Assembly: GCA_964016885.1 (NCBI GenBank)
Contig: OZ024745.1
Coordinates: 57,474,001-57,538,000, forward strand
Direction: 5' to 3'
DNA from: Eledone cirrhosa
Lineage: Eukaryota
Length of the DNA: 64,000 nucleotides
Shown here: one piece after another, positions 1-12,645 of the stretch
Layout of the letters: each line of letters opens with the position of its first letter
How positions within the stretch are numbered: position 1 is the stretch's first letter
The notes under the pieces: generated by a model
The model's input: the letters and a program-made list of their open reading frames with translations, nothing else
What the model was told of the DNA's origin: nothing
Database searches by the model: none
Translations under genes and position numbers: made by a program

Positions 1-249
1 TATATATATATATATACGGGTAAATTTTCAACCATATATATTTTTATATACTTTTATATGTACTTGACCCGAATTAGACGGTCGTCTTTTCGCTGTGCGG
101 ATGATTAGTTTAACCACCATCTCAGTGTGTTTGGCCTTTAACGTAAGTTGTAGCTCTAATTCATATGAATTATCGAGCGCTTGCCACACAACTCGGAAGT
201 GTTTTTCGTTAACTCCTGAGCTGAAATTCGATTCTCGCTAACTTTTACT

Positions 250-295
<46 letters not shown>

Positions 296-296
<1 letters not shown>

Positions 297-1166
297 TTCG
301 TTTCTGAATTTGTTTAGCAAGATTCTTTATTTGAAAAAGTGTGTTCAAAACGATATTGTTATACTTTGGGAGGGTCATGTTGCCAATAAGAAAAACACGC
401 ACCAGTTGCTTTCACTTCAATTTATTATAACAAATTTATGTGTTATATCCGGGTGTCTGTGTGTGTTTATATTCGTTTATTTATTTGTTTATTTACATGT
501 TACTGGTTGGTTGTTCGTTCTATGTGCGTGTGTGTTTTCATTTTGTCCTTAATTTTAAGTTGTGATGTTGCTGTTCCACTCATGTTTTCTATTTAATTTT
601 GGTTGTAATTCATTTATGTTTATTGCCTCTGTGATTTGTCTAAACATGGCGTCTTTTCTGTGTGTAGATTCTATTCTATTTCTATGTTCTCTAATTTACC
701 CTTTAGGCAATAAACATAAATGAATTACAACGAAAATTAAATAGAAAATATGAGTGGAACAGCAACATCACAACTTACAATTAAGGACAAAATGAAAACA
801 CACACGCTCATAGAATGAACAACCAACCTGTAACATGTAAATAAACAAATAAATAAACGAATATAAACACACACAGACACCCGGATGTAACACATGCGCA
901 AACTAAGCACACAACACACACACAAAAACATGATGGCGTAGGACAGAACGAAGGAGAGGCACAAAAACAAAGAAAATAATCCCCAGTCACTGAAGAGGTC
1001 ACAGAATGTGTGACGAAAGAACTTTGACAATATATAAACAACCATCTGGTTGTGGAACCAACCAACCAACCGGAAATTTATAAATTCCTAAATTTACAAT
1101 AATAAATTTAAGTGAAAGCAACTGGTGCGTGTGTTTCTTATTGGCAACATGACCCTCCCAAAGTAT

Positions 1167-1173
<7 letters not shown>
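296..1173. mobile_element. PLE-type pLTR foldback, family A, between (TA)n tracts
   Basis: 353-628 recurs inverted at 705-1173. The right arm has an extra ~190 bp segment carrying an HHR. The same family recurs at 12990-13683. Confidence 0.75.
986..1028 (+). ncRNA. Minimal type I hammerhead ribozyme motif (family A)
   Basis: GTCA-CTGAAGA-G-GTCACA(gaatg)TGTGAC-GAAAG(aa)CTT-TGAC: intact core, 6 bp stem II, 4 bp stem I. Confidence 0.75.
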
Positions 1174-1222
<49 letters not shown>

Positions 1223-1295
1223 CATATGTAGAAAAATATTTTCTGCACATGCGTATTCGTATAATTGCTTTTTCTTTTCCGTATAAATTCATTTA

Positions 1296-1372
1296 AAGTA
1301 AGCTGATGATCCGACTAACGTGAAACAATTATTTTCGAAAATGCTGAATTAACTGTTGTGGAACTACTTCTC
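1296..1372 (+). mobile_element. Decayed copy of HHR-bearing family B
   Basis: agctgatgatccgactaacgtgaaacaattattttcg...aactgttgtg aligns by eye with 23480-23545 and 31818-31890. Confidence 0.55.
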
Positions 1373-2251
1373 TCTATATATACATATACACAAAATAAAA
1401 TTAATGACTATTGCCAAATAACCTATGAGAAATCCATTTAATTGATGTATACCAGATTGAAGTTGCATTTGGTTGCTCGTTGGCAAATAATTCAGAATCT
1501 ACTTGATGTTTATCACTGGATTGAACGTAACCTATCATTTGTTTTAACTACGCGTGTCATTCAAAGCACCTTTAGCCTGTACAAATGTCAAATAAGATTA
1601 TGCACTTTACTGTATAATATTATTAACTTAAAATCTGTGTATCAATTTTCTTAGCTAAGTGGCCAAAACCATTTGGAAAGCTGAATGGCATAACAGTTAT
1701 ATTTATGGCTTGTTAAATATAATTGATTAAAAGATAAATGAGATGAAATAAATTGAGCAACGTGCATTAATTGAGTTATATAGGTGTAATGGAATGTGTG
1801 TTGAATGACGTACGCAACTAATGTTCAATTATTCGAAATTGTTCTCTTATTTATGAATGAGAATTAAAGATGAAATCCATATTTACAAATTCTTTTGCTT
1901 TCTTAGTGCGGATTCTGACACTCGTTAAAAATACACAATTAAAGTAGTGGCATGTTTCCATCTTATTAAATCAAATTCAATAGTAAACCCAAACTCATGT
2001 CCAGTTCTTTATACATTTTAGTTATACAAATGACTACAGTGCACACACCTTTATAATGGTTTCTGTATTGTAAATATTTGACAAAACCCCAAGCAGAAAA
2101 TGGGAAATAGACTTTGTATCTTCGAACAGAAAAACATAAAGAAGAAATCAAAATTACTCGTGTTGTTTCGATTTATTTATATGTCTTGGGCTGATGCTTT
2201 TTGTTGCTTTCACAAAGCACCAATGACATATGGCTTGGAATTATATATATA

Positions 2252-3350
2252 CTAGCATTAAAGCCCGGCGTTGCTCGGGGTCAGTAAGTTACCAAAGTTA
2301 GGTTGCACCACCCATTTTATGGCAGCACTTTTTTGTCTGCCAGGCACTGGGTGAATGAATTGCAAACCTGGACTGCCGAAGCAGGAGCTGCGCCAGCATT
2401 GACAATTGTAGTTTCGCCTATGGATATTATCTCTGTGCAAAGAAGTGTTGAAATTTATTGTTTCACAGTACTTGCGCAACACGTGCGTAGACGATGCCAG
2501 CCGAAGAACAGAGCTGGGATGGAGTTGTTCTACATGGTTTTCTAATGTGTGTTTTCTAAATTTAAGACAGTGGGGAGTGGAGTGATATGGGGGAGAGTTA
2601 GCTCATGTTTCTAGCAGGTTTGGTGACCTCATAGAGGATATGTTTTCTAAATTTAAGACAGTAGGTAGTGGTGTGATATGGGGAGAGTTAGCTGCTGTTT
2701 CTAGCAGGTTTAGTGACCTAATAGGGGATATGTTTTCTAAATTTAAGACAGTAGGGAATGGTGTGATATGGGGGAGAGTTAGCTGCTGTTTCTAGCAGGT
2801 TTAGTGACCTCATAGAGTATATTATTGTGTCTAGTAAATAAACTGATACTTCTTACTTCCACGTTCGTTGAGAGGTTTTAAAAAAGATTTCTCGCTATTT
2901 TTTTGTTGTTGAATAAATTTATCTGTTGCTTTTGAATAATTGTTGTTTCGTATGAAATGTAATAAGTTCTCTTTGTCATTGAAATAAATAAATGTTTGAC
3001 CGTTCCACACTCAAAAACAAACGTTCTCTCTCTCTCCCTCTCACTCTCTTCTCCCTCTCTTCAGCGTTCCTAAAGGAAGTTTGTAAGCATGTATGTAGTT
3101 TTATCGAATTTTAAAGCGAGTAGAGAGAGAGGTAATCTGATTGTATTAGAGGAGTAAAGCGTCATGTATTTAGTTTTATCGATTATTTCAGTAGTTGTGG
3201 GTGAGTTTGATTAAAATAAATAGTTGTTGACCTAAGTCCGACCATTTACAACATTCTTACAGACGTTGAGTCGAATCAGTTTGAAATTGTGCAAATGTAT
3301 AAACATGGAACATGCACAGACACACACACACATCACCAATCTTTTATAGA
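2252..3350 (-). mobile_element. Non-autonomous Helitron
   Basis: Minus-strand 3' end: hairpin cccggcgttgctcggg (2264-2279), then CTAG (2252-2255) abutting a TA run. Plausible 5' TC at ~3350 (cttttataga|t). Internal minisatellite. Confidence 0.65.
2550..2820. repeat. ~90 bp minisatellite, 3 copies
   Basis: Unit tgttttctaaatttaagacagt...ctagcaggttt.gtgacct.atag starts at 2550, 2641 and 2731. Confidence 0.95.
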
Positions 3351-3355
3351 TAATG

Positions 3356-3396
<41 letters not shown>

Positions 3397-3681
3397 TATT
3401 ATTGTGCTTGTGTATATATTTATTTATTTATTTATTCATATTTCTCTTACGTCAGCATTGTTTGTTTGGGTGTTCTTGTTATTCCATTCATTTTTTTCTC
3501 TTTAGCTTTGGCCTTCTAAGTTCTATTTCACTTGCCTCTCTGATTTGCCTATCTGCTGGGTCTTTTCTATGTTTAGATATTATTTTAATTTCTATGTGTC
3601 TATGTTACCGTCATGTTGTTGTCTGGCGCGTTCGTATAGTACTGAACCGTTTTTTGTCCTTTTATTCCCCCCCCCCCCAGA

Positions 3682-4154
3682 GTTGGTCTATCCTTTCACC
3701 TGTGCTACGAGATGTCTCGCCTATGTATGTTGTTGTCATGTTTCTGCAAGTACCCTCTGTACATCTTATGCTAAAGACTACGTTTCTAGTTTTACAGTTT
3801 ATCCGGGGGTTTACTTTATATATAATACATTTCCTATTAGTACAGTGGGTTTTCTTAAAAGCGTATGTTTTGCTGATCAGGAATTTTAAGGTAGTCTTGG
3901 CTTTTCTACCACCTTAATCTTTAAGTGGGTCTTTCTTAGGGCCTTTCTACATTGGTTAGCTAATTTCCCTCCAGGGGTAGCGACCACGAACATTAAACTC
4001 CGGTATCTCTGGTTGTCATACCATAAGGTGGCTTTCCCTATCTTATGCTATTCCATGATTTGCTAATTTATAATGGGCAAATTCCTTTCATATCCAGTTC
4101 TATGAGGGTCTTATACTTCTCCGTGGCTCCTTTGTATACTCTGATTCTAAAAGG
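3682..4154 (-). pseudogene. PLE C-terminal region and GIY-YIG endonuclease remnant (not in ORF track)
   Basis: Manual translation with stops and frameshifts: FVVATPGGKLANQCRKALRKTHLKIKVVEKP / HCTNRKCIIYKVNPRINCKTRNVVFSIRCTEGTCRNMTTTYIGETSRSTGERI. Confidence 0.85.
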
Positions 4155-4594
4155 ACGAAAAAACGGTTCAGGACTATACGCACATGCCAGACAAGAACAT
4201 GACGGTAACATAGACAACATATAAATTAAAATAATATCTAAACATAGAAATGACCCAGAAGATAGGCAAATCAGAGAGGCAGATGAAATAGAACTTAAAA
4301 GGCCAAAGCTAAACAGAAAAAATGAATGGAATAACAACACCCAAACAACCATTACTGACGTAAGAGATAAATAAATAAATAAATAAATATATACACAAGC
4401 ACAATAACAACAAACATATAAGCACACACTAGTAAACTAAGATAGAATACAATAACCAAAACACAGTCACCCAAACACTATACACACACGCAAACTCATG
4501 CGTAGAGAAAAAGACAAAAATAAATAAATAAATAAATAAAGAGATTAAATAAAGATTGCGTAAATATACAATACAACAGGAGGAACATAATAGC

Positions 4595-4636
4595 ACCACT
4601 GACGATGTTGCAGATGTGCAACGAAAGAACTTTGTT
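4595..4636 (+). ncRNA. Minimal type I hammerhead motif (family A relative)
   Basis: acca-CTGACGA-T-GTTGCA(gatg)TGCAAC-GAAAG(aa)CTT-tgtt. Stem II covaries with 986-1028. Stem I has one mismatch. Confidence 0.7.
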
Positions 4637-4878
4637 AGAGTATATATATGTGTTTATATCTGTATTATATCTGTATTTTTGACCGTTGGTCAGTCAATGG
4701 TAAACATTGAGGACCGAATGAATTAACTGATATAAAAGATACAGAAGCGAAAACCAACCAAACAGTGAGTGTGTTCTGTTATTAATTCTAGCAATATTAT
4801 TACAACAATATGACCCTCCCCAAGTATAACAATATTTGTTTCGACACACGGTTTCATATCAAAAACTTCGCAAAACAA

Positions 4879-4947
<69 letters not shown>

Positions 4948-4970
4948 CATATATATATATACACACACAC

Positions 4971-5057
<87 letters not shown>

Positions 5058-6450
5058 AAAGTTCTATTTAAAATTGTTGGGATACAACAAGTAAATATTT
5101 TTATAACTGATATAAAGCACTCGACAAGTTTTTGGAGTAGATATACGATATTAATGGTTTTTTTAAATCTTTTAAATTATTTTTATTTATTTGTTTTGAT
5201 TCTGATAGCTTCTCATAACTTTCATAAGTCTACCCTTTCAATATCTTGATTGAGATATACGTAGGATAAATTTCTATACTAAATATATAAAACATATTAT
5301 TTTAACTTAAGATACTCTATAGTGTTTTAAAGATATTTAATGCTTTGATATTTCTAGATTCTTTTGACTATTCTGATATAGTTGATTTCCAAAATATATT
5401 CCTTTGGTATTTTAAATTTATATTGTTATAGTTATATTTACAAGTTATAATCCTTTAGTAATATATTGATATTTGATTATCTCTATACAAATGCATATGT
5501 GTGTATTAACATGCATATAAAGTGTTATAGGTTTTTTGTGTTTGTATATATGTCTGTATATATACATGAGCGATGCAGGAGGACGCACGCAAATATTTAT
5601 TTATACATATGTATGTGTATATATGTATGTATATATATCTATGTGGGTGAGAGGTATGTTGCAGATATGCATAATATTAAATACATGAATGGTAATCGTA
5701 TATATGAGGACATGAATATTAATCGTATATATTTATGTATATATACTGTGAACTTTTTATAACACAAGGAATGTATAGCAGTGATTAAGAGAAATCATTT
5801 ACGTTTTGTATGGCTATATTGTTGGCTTGAGTAAACATAATTTCTATTTTCAGGACGTGCGTATGTGTATATATATATATATACATATATATTTGTATGT
5901 CTTTGCATAAGATACTGATCTCTATAGCAAGGGTACATTTTGAACGATTTAACTCAGATTTTGGTATATTGATCTCAAGTTTTTAAACTAAACATATAGT
6001 CATTATTGAACAATGTTTAATTTCTCATATTATATATCTATGTCCCATTCATGAATATTGTTATTTATATTTTTATTATTCATTTCATATAAATTGTTAA
6101 CTCAACTTAATATGACATGACGTAAAGTTTTCATTGTCTCCCCCTCTCTATATATAGTATTTCTCTCTCTTGAGTTTTTCTATCTGTATGATGACTTGAT
6201 ATCTCTCTGTTGCTTTCCTTTGTTTTTCTTATTTCTTCCTTTTTTCTTTCTTTTTTATTTCCTCCTATCTTTATTTATCTCTTTCTTTTCTCCATACATT
6301 TCTCTCTCTCTCTCCGTCTTTTTCTAATTGTGCTTAACACTATGACTTATTAAAATAATATAAACAAATCACTATCCAGACAGCCTCCAAAAGTAATGGT
6401 TGCATTTTAAAAGGGTACGTCAAAGCTATTTGTAAAACTGTTATATATTG

Positions 6451-6515
6451 TATTTTGTCTGATGAAGGCATACCATCATTTAATGTGGTATCCCTGAAAT
6501 ATGTATAATGAAACA
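6451..6515 (+). ncRNA. Hammerhead motif with long stem II (family E)
   Basis: ttttgt-CTGATGA-AGGCATACCATCAT(tta)ATGTGGTATCCCT-GAAAT(atgt)ATA-atgaaa. Homolog at 58730-58793 (-). Confidence 0.65.
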
Positions 6516-6582
6516 AATATGGTTTTATAAATATAGTTTCCATTTATTAATATCGTATATATATATATATATATATAAATAA

Positions 6583-6669
<87 letters not shown>

Positions 6670-8399
6670 TATATACATATATATACATATATATATATGT
6701 GTGTGTAATGGGCTAGGAGAAACATACATGTCGTGATTAGAAAAATTATTATTTAATTATATATTTTTACATATGTTTAATTATTGATTTATGTTACTGT
6801 CAACGGGTTTGTTCGGAAATATTGATATTTCTAATGATTTGCGCGCTACAGTAGACGTTTTAACGTGAACAATTCATCATACACACACACACAACAAACA
6901 CACGCACACACAGACAAGTATCTATTAAGAACATCCACCTCTCACAAGTATGTAATTATGCACATACACGAAGTCATATATTTCTATCCCAGTAAACCCT
7001 CATCTGTGATTCGCTTTTGTAGCAAATTGTTTCAATACATGGTAAATTATACAGGTACGTGTTTCATGTCTATACAAATGTTTGTTTTCCGTCAGTATGA
7101 AAACAATCATTCCTTTCAAACCTATGTAAAGAGATAACTCTACGAAATATGAAATTTTTTCTTAATATACGACGAAATATTTTCTGGCGAAATTATCCTG
7201 TGGACACATTCATACAGAAATGTCATTTTCAAAATTCTACTTTTTATTTGCTTCGATGTCTTTTTCTTTTAAAAAGCTACTTCTAAATGTCATTAATAAG
7301 CTTTTCTTGAGATAAATATCGATGCGTAATCCAACAAGTATTCCATTGAATAGCAAAAATCATTCTTTTCAAACGTACTATATCAAAATGAATCATCTCC
7401 TTATATTTAAGAGATTGTGTGTGTTTCTATCTTATTCTTTTAAAATTTGCTTTTATGCTTATGGCTTTGAGAGAGTGTGTAGGAATATGAATGTATATGA
7501 ACGTTCACAAAACTCTTTATAGTAGAAGCTGCCTGGGTTTTGTTTGTGTGTTTTCTTTCACGAATGTTATATCAGCATTGTAGTTAATGAAGTAAACATA
7601 ACCAACGTGAAGATGTATTTCTCTATACATCCCATTTTACATAATTCCACATACACACACACACACATACACACACATGTATGTATATATATATATATAA
7701 ATATGTGTGTGTGGGGGGGGGGGGGGTTGTATCCATGCCATTTTCATTTGCGTCAGAAGCTTGGGTAAATTTGAGTTATCCCTGAGTTATCAAAAATATG
7801 AGAAAAGAAAAAATGATAAAGCATTTAATGTAAATATTTACTGAACTGATTCATGGGATTCAGACTATCAAAGTTTTCTTTGATATGAATGTTTCTTGTG
7901 AGCATATTTATATACAAGATTGATGACATTTTCTTTCTTTTTTAGAAATAATCACTTAGAATATTTGCCTTGAAGCAACAGGTATTCAATACTTATGCAA
8001 CTATTAAAATTACACATTAGTAAACACGTCAGTAAACCAGCTATTCATGCTTTTAGGTTTTCAAAATTTGACCGTCGTTGTGAAAAATCCCAATAGTTCC
8101 AACATTCATTCCCGTTTTTTTTTTGTCTGTGTGTGTTTTTTTCTGAGCCTGTCATATCTTAAACCACATTTGAACGACAGATGTCATTAATATATTGTTA
8201 TTGAAGGCATGATTCTCAAGCATATAGATGTGTAAGTATAAACAAATTAACATAAGTTTTCTATCACCTGGTTCTAGATATAGAAATTACAGATTCATTT
8301 CTACAACCGATATGTTATGATATATTCCACCAATTGATGTAAGCCTCAACAAATACTTTACAAATATTCCACTCTTCGTATTGATGGCTATTTTCAAAT

Positions 8400-9765
8400 G
8401 GGGGAGGGGGGAGGAAAGAGGCGGGAAGAGGAGGGATGAAAGGCAAAGAAGGAGAAAGTGAGGGAGGAGAATGAGGAAGAGGAGGAGAATGAGGAAGAGG
8501 AGGAAAGAGAGGAAGTGGGAGAAAGGGAAAATGCGGGTAAGAGAGGGGAAGGGGGAGGGAAAAGGAGGAATAAATGAGGAGGGAAGGAGGAAGAGGGGGA
8601 AAAGGGGAAGAAGAAATTGAACGAGGGGGAAAAGGGAGAACGAGGGAAAGAAGAGGAAGGGAAGGAAGGGAAGGTGAGGAAGTGGAGAGCAAGGAGAAAA
8701 GGAAAGCAAGGAGAGTAAGGAGAGTAGAAGAAAAGGTATGAAGAAAGGAGTACCAGTATACACAGGAGAGCAATGATAGTCAGGAGAGTAAGATGAAAAG
8801 AAGAGCAAGGATGTATGGAGAGCAAGGAGAAATAGGATAGCAAGGAGAAAAGGAGAGCAAAGAGAAAGGAGAGTAATGGGAGAAGAAGAAAAGATAAGGA
8901 GAGCAAGGAGAGAAGGAGAAAAGGAGAAACAGGAGATCAAGATGAAAAGGTGAGCAAGAAAAAAGGAGAGCAAGCCGAAAAGGTGAGCAAGAAGAGAAGG
9001 AGGGCAAGGAGAGTAATGAGTAAGGAGAATAAGAAGAAAAACGCGTGCAAGAAGAATACGAGTGCGAGGAGAAAAGGAGCGGAAGGAGAAAATGAGAGCA
9101 AGAAGAAAAAGGAGAGCAAGGAGTGAAGTAGAGCAAGGAGATTAATGAGTAAGGAGAGTAAGAAGAAAAACGCGAGCAAGAAGAAAAGGAGAGCAAAGAG
9201 AAAAAGGAGAGCATGAGAGAAAGCAGAGCAAAAAAAGAGGGATAAAAAGGAGAACAGGGAGAGTAAGGAGAAAAGAAGAGCAAAGATAAGAGGGAAAATG
9301 GAGCGCATGGTGAGTAAGAAGAAATAAGAGAGCAAAGAGAGTAAGTAGCGCAATGTGAAATAAAAAGAGCAAGGCTAATTAATAGAGCAAAAAAGGAGAG
9401 TGAGGAGAAAAAGAGAATATGAAGGGCGGAAGAGTAAAGCAGATAAAAGTGTTTGGAAAGATGAGGAGAGGGTACTAAGAGGGGGGAAAGAGGGGGAATG
9501 AGGAAGAGAAAGGGGGAGAGGGAGAGGGGGAGAAAAGGTAGGGAAGAAATGGAAAGGAGAAGGACACGGAGAGAGTGAGAAAGGGAAGGAAGGGGAGGAA
9601 GCGGAAGAGGAGGTGGAAGGAGAGGAAGGGAGAAATGAAACGGGCGGAAGGAAGGGTAGGAAGAGAGAGAGAGTGGGAAAGAGGATGAAATAAGGGGAAA
9701 TGGGGAGACAGGGGTGTGTGGGGAAATAGGGGGAGAGATGGGGAAATAGGGGTGAGAGGGGAAAA
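8400..9765. repeat. ~1.4 kb polypurine/polypyrimidine low-complexity tract
   Basis: Almost purely G/A on +, with degenerate ggagagcaaggagaaaa / ggagagtaa units in the centre. Confidence 0.9.
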
Positions 9766-10289
9766 TCAGGCAATTTTTCCAAGGGGCAATAAGTACATTT
9801 TCGTGTACTTATTTTATTCCGTTGCTTTTCTCTAGAAAAAAAATATGTCACTGATCCAACAGGTAAAGTACTGAACAATAATATAACAAGCATGTGCTTT
9901 GTTTTAAATATCGTGAAAATAAAGCCGAGAAAACACATATCAACTCTACCTGAATGTCTATAATGTCCCTTCCTACAAATTTGAAAGGAAGAGGACAAAC
10001 ATCTATAAATAGACTGACTTGGTCAGAGCTTATGAAAAATATCAACAGCAAAACAGTAAAAGAAAGCCAAACAAGACATTCTTCACACATAACTACAGAA
10101 AAAAAACTACTAGATAAACAAAGTTCCACATATTGTTTGACCTTAAAAATATACCATGACCTACGCGTAATGGGATATCTATAATAGATGTTCTCAATTG
10201 TACTGTATCTGATCTTGTAACTACCTCAGAAGCACTTTCGAATTATTGCTAAATCGACGGAAGTTATTTTATTTTATTTTATTATATTT

Positions 10290-10681
10290 CAATCTACGCA
10301 AATTGGGCTACTCAGCCGTTAATATGTATAAGGTAAGTATATACGTTCAACAATCTGGCAGGAAGGTATACGTTGCTGACGATAGCTAATAAGCTTGAAA
10401 CTAGTACAGCGTTCCTTTGTCAGTGTTGAACAAACGAGCAACGATGGTTGCTAGACACTACGGCTTAATACGGGGTGTTTGTTTACAAACACACCGAGCA
10501 TTATAAAAATGTTCGGTGAATCAATACGTACATATTTATATGTGTGCATGTATGTATATATATATATATATACCTACTACTGTACGTCTGTATAAATATA
10601 TGTATGTACGTGTACATACTTATATTTAAGTAACAACCGTACTAAGAGTGGGAAATGAAATTTCGTTTCATTTTTTCCGTT

Positions 10682-10682
<1 letters not shown>
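10290..10682 (+). mobile_element. Non-coding HHR repeat family D, about one monomer
   Basis: Similar to 21921-23320 and 56150-56832, with no ORF. Confidence 0.8.
10370..10412 (+). ncRNA. Minimal type I hammerhead (family D)
   Basis: acgttg-CTGACGA-T-AGCT(aata)AGCT-T-GAAAC(ta)GTA-cagcgt: 6 bp stem I, palindromic stem III ACTAGT, GUA triplet. Confidence 0.8.
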
Positions 10683-10715
<33 letters not shown>

Positions 10716-10816
10716 ATTGGGAGAGGAAATGGTGTATATATATTATCAAATGATTCTATGGACATACTTTATAGTATATAAATATATATATATAGACATA
10801 CATATATATAAGCATT

Positions 10817-10860
<44 letters not shown>

Positions 10861-10865
<5 letters not shown>

Positions 10866-11016
10866 GCATGCACATACATACATAAATATATATACATATA
10901 TACACACACACATATATATATATACATATCTACTCACCTCACACATGCACCTGCATACACGCACAGACGCATATATATACATACACACACACGTATTAAC
11001 ATACACATACATAAAT

Positions 11017-11071
<55 letters not shown>

Positions 11072-11180
11072 CGTGTGTGTGTATGCAGGTGCATGTGTGA
11101 GGTGAGTAGATATGTATATATATGTGTGTGTGTGTATATATGTATATATATATTTATGTATGTATGTGCATGCGTATATA
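10861..11180. repeat. Inverted duplication of microsatellite-rich sequence
   Basis: tctactcacctcacacatgcacctgcatacac (~10930) is inverted at ~11078-11110, and the match extends into both flanks. Confidence 0.8.
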
Positions 11181-11407
11181 TATATATACAGTATTTACGT
11201 ATCGAGAGAGAGAAAAAAAAGGGGAAGATAGGTGATACATATAGTTATTTGCCAAGTAGCGTATGCCAAAGGTGCTCGATACTAGTGCCGGCAGTATTAA
11301 ATATTCGAAGTATTAATATTTAGTGGGCTAGAGAGTTAGCAGAGCGTAAGCACATGGGAAAGTTAGAAATCGGAGAATAGACCGTTAAAACATGTTTATT
11401 TAAAATA

Positions 11408-11447
11408 GCACCTACGTACGTTTCGCCCAGTTGGGCTTCTCAAGGGC
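11408..11447 (-). ncRNA. Mirror copy of family C hammerhead
   Basis: Exact reverse complement of 11598-11637. Confidence 0.7.
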
Positions 11448-11597
11448 ATAAATAATCAAAAGTGTTCCTTACATTGCTCGGAAAGAGTTTTTGGGGTTAA
11501 ATCCACGTCAAGGTTCATTGCTCGCATAATAGCTTGACGTGGATTTAACCCCAAAAACTCTTTCCGAGCAATGTAAGGAACACTTTTGGTTATTTAT

Positions 11598-11637
11598 GCC
11601 CTTGAGAAGCCCAACTGGGCGAAACGTACGTAGGTGC
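11598..11637 (+). ncRNA. Hammerhead motif, U3-A8 core variant (family C)
   Basis: gccc-TTGAGAA-GCCC(aact)GGGC-GAAAC(gtac)GTA-ggtgc, with palindromic stem III. Confidence 0.7.
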
Positions 11638-11691
11638 TGTTTTAAATAAACATGTTTTAACGGTCTATTCTCCGATTTCTTACTTTCCCAC

Positions 11692-11735
<44 letters not shown>

Positions 11736-12012
11736 GCTTATATATGTGAATGTCTATGTATATACATACATATATCTACCTGCTTTTCCCCGCTGTCTAT
11801 CCTTTTAGAGCTTGTCAGCGCGTAGAGGTTGGTTTGTGTTGCATATAAGAGTAACTATAGACTTGACCACTAGACGCCCACCACTTTACAGTGACTGCGC
11901 TATGATAGACATGATTCTCAGTTAAAAGCTTCACTAGGGTCTAGGTATCAGATGACAATCAGCACACTTATTTTTAGACTGAGCTTGAGGAATAAAATAT
12001 AGAATAGGAAAA

Positions 12013-12645
12013 ATGATTTGGACTTTTACTTGCAACAAAGCAATTCCTGAAAATCAGGGCAGAAATTGCTGCTCACCAAAGCGACAATTAGAAAACTTAA
12101 TACATCATGAAGGAAGTACACTGCAAAAAACAATTAACTATGCCGATAAAATCAAATCGTCTGACCATAAACTAATAATGCGTACACTAAACATGACCGT
12201 CCATCATATGGCGGATATCCTGATGCAAATCAGAAATAAGCCAAATCAGAATATTGACCAAGAAAACCTTATTGACTTAGCAGTGGGATTAATGTAGTTA
12301 GCAGAAGCACTGATTAACCTCCATCCAATAAAACCGACAACACAACTAGACCAAAGTAATGTTATGACTAAATTCAGCGAAATTGAAAAAGACATAGCAG
12401 CATTAAAGGTGTTAATTAAACACAACAACCAGTCAGATACTCAAAAACAAGATCTGACAGAAATAAAACAAGCCCTAGAGAGCAACAGCAAACAAACAGC
12501 AAACACGTGGAGATCTAGTGTAAAAAAAAACATAGACCCAATCAGAATATCCCATCAATGGATAAACATGAACGAGACAGCTACATTGTGCAATTTGGAT
12601 TGTTGTTTTAAGATTTCACAGAAACCAATCGGAGATATTTTATAA
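12013..12645 (+). pseudogene. Interrupted ORF, possible non-LTR ORF1-like coiled-coil remnant
   Basis: Track ORFs 12013-12297 and 12364-12645 are in one frame, split by a single TAG. Heptad-like KFSEIEKDIAALKVLI...DLTEIKQALE. No diagnostic motif. Confidence 0.35.

Larger units (their letters stand above)
3401..4880. mobile_element. Truncated Penelope-like element with inverted pLTR
   Basis: 3401-3660 is inverted at 4155-4410 around a GIY-YIG remnant. HHR at 4595. The right terminus (gaccctccccaagtataacaatat) resembles family A. TA flanks. Confidence 0.8.
11355..11690. mobile_element. Near-perfect foldback (158 bp arms, 20 nt spacer) with an HHR in each arm (family C)
   Basis: Arms 11355-11512 and 11533-11690. 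The right end abuts (TA)n. Confidence 0.9.

Noticed and set aside
8287-9998. Overlapping Leu/Ser/Phe/Pro-rich ORFs of 140-230 aa
   Set aside because: They are by-products of the polypyrimidine strand and are open in several frames.
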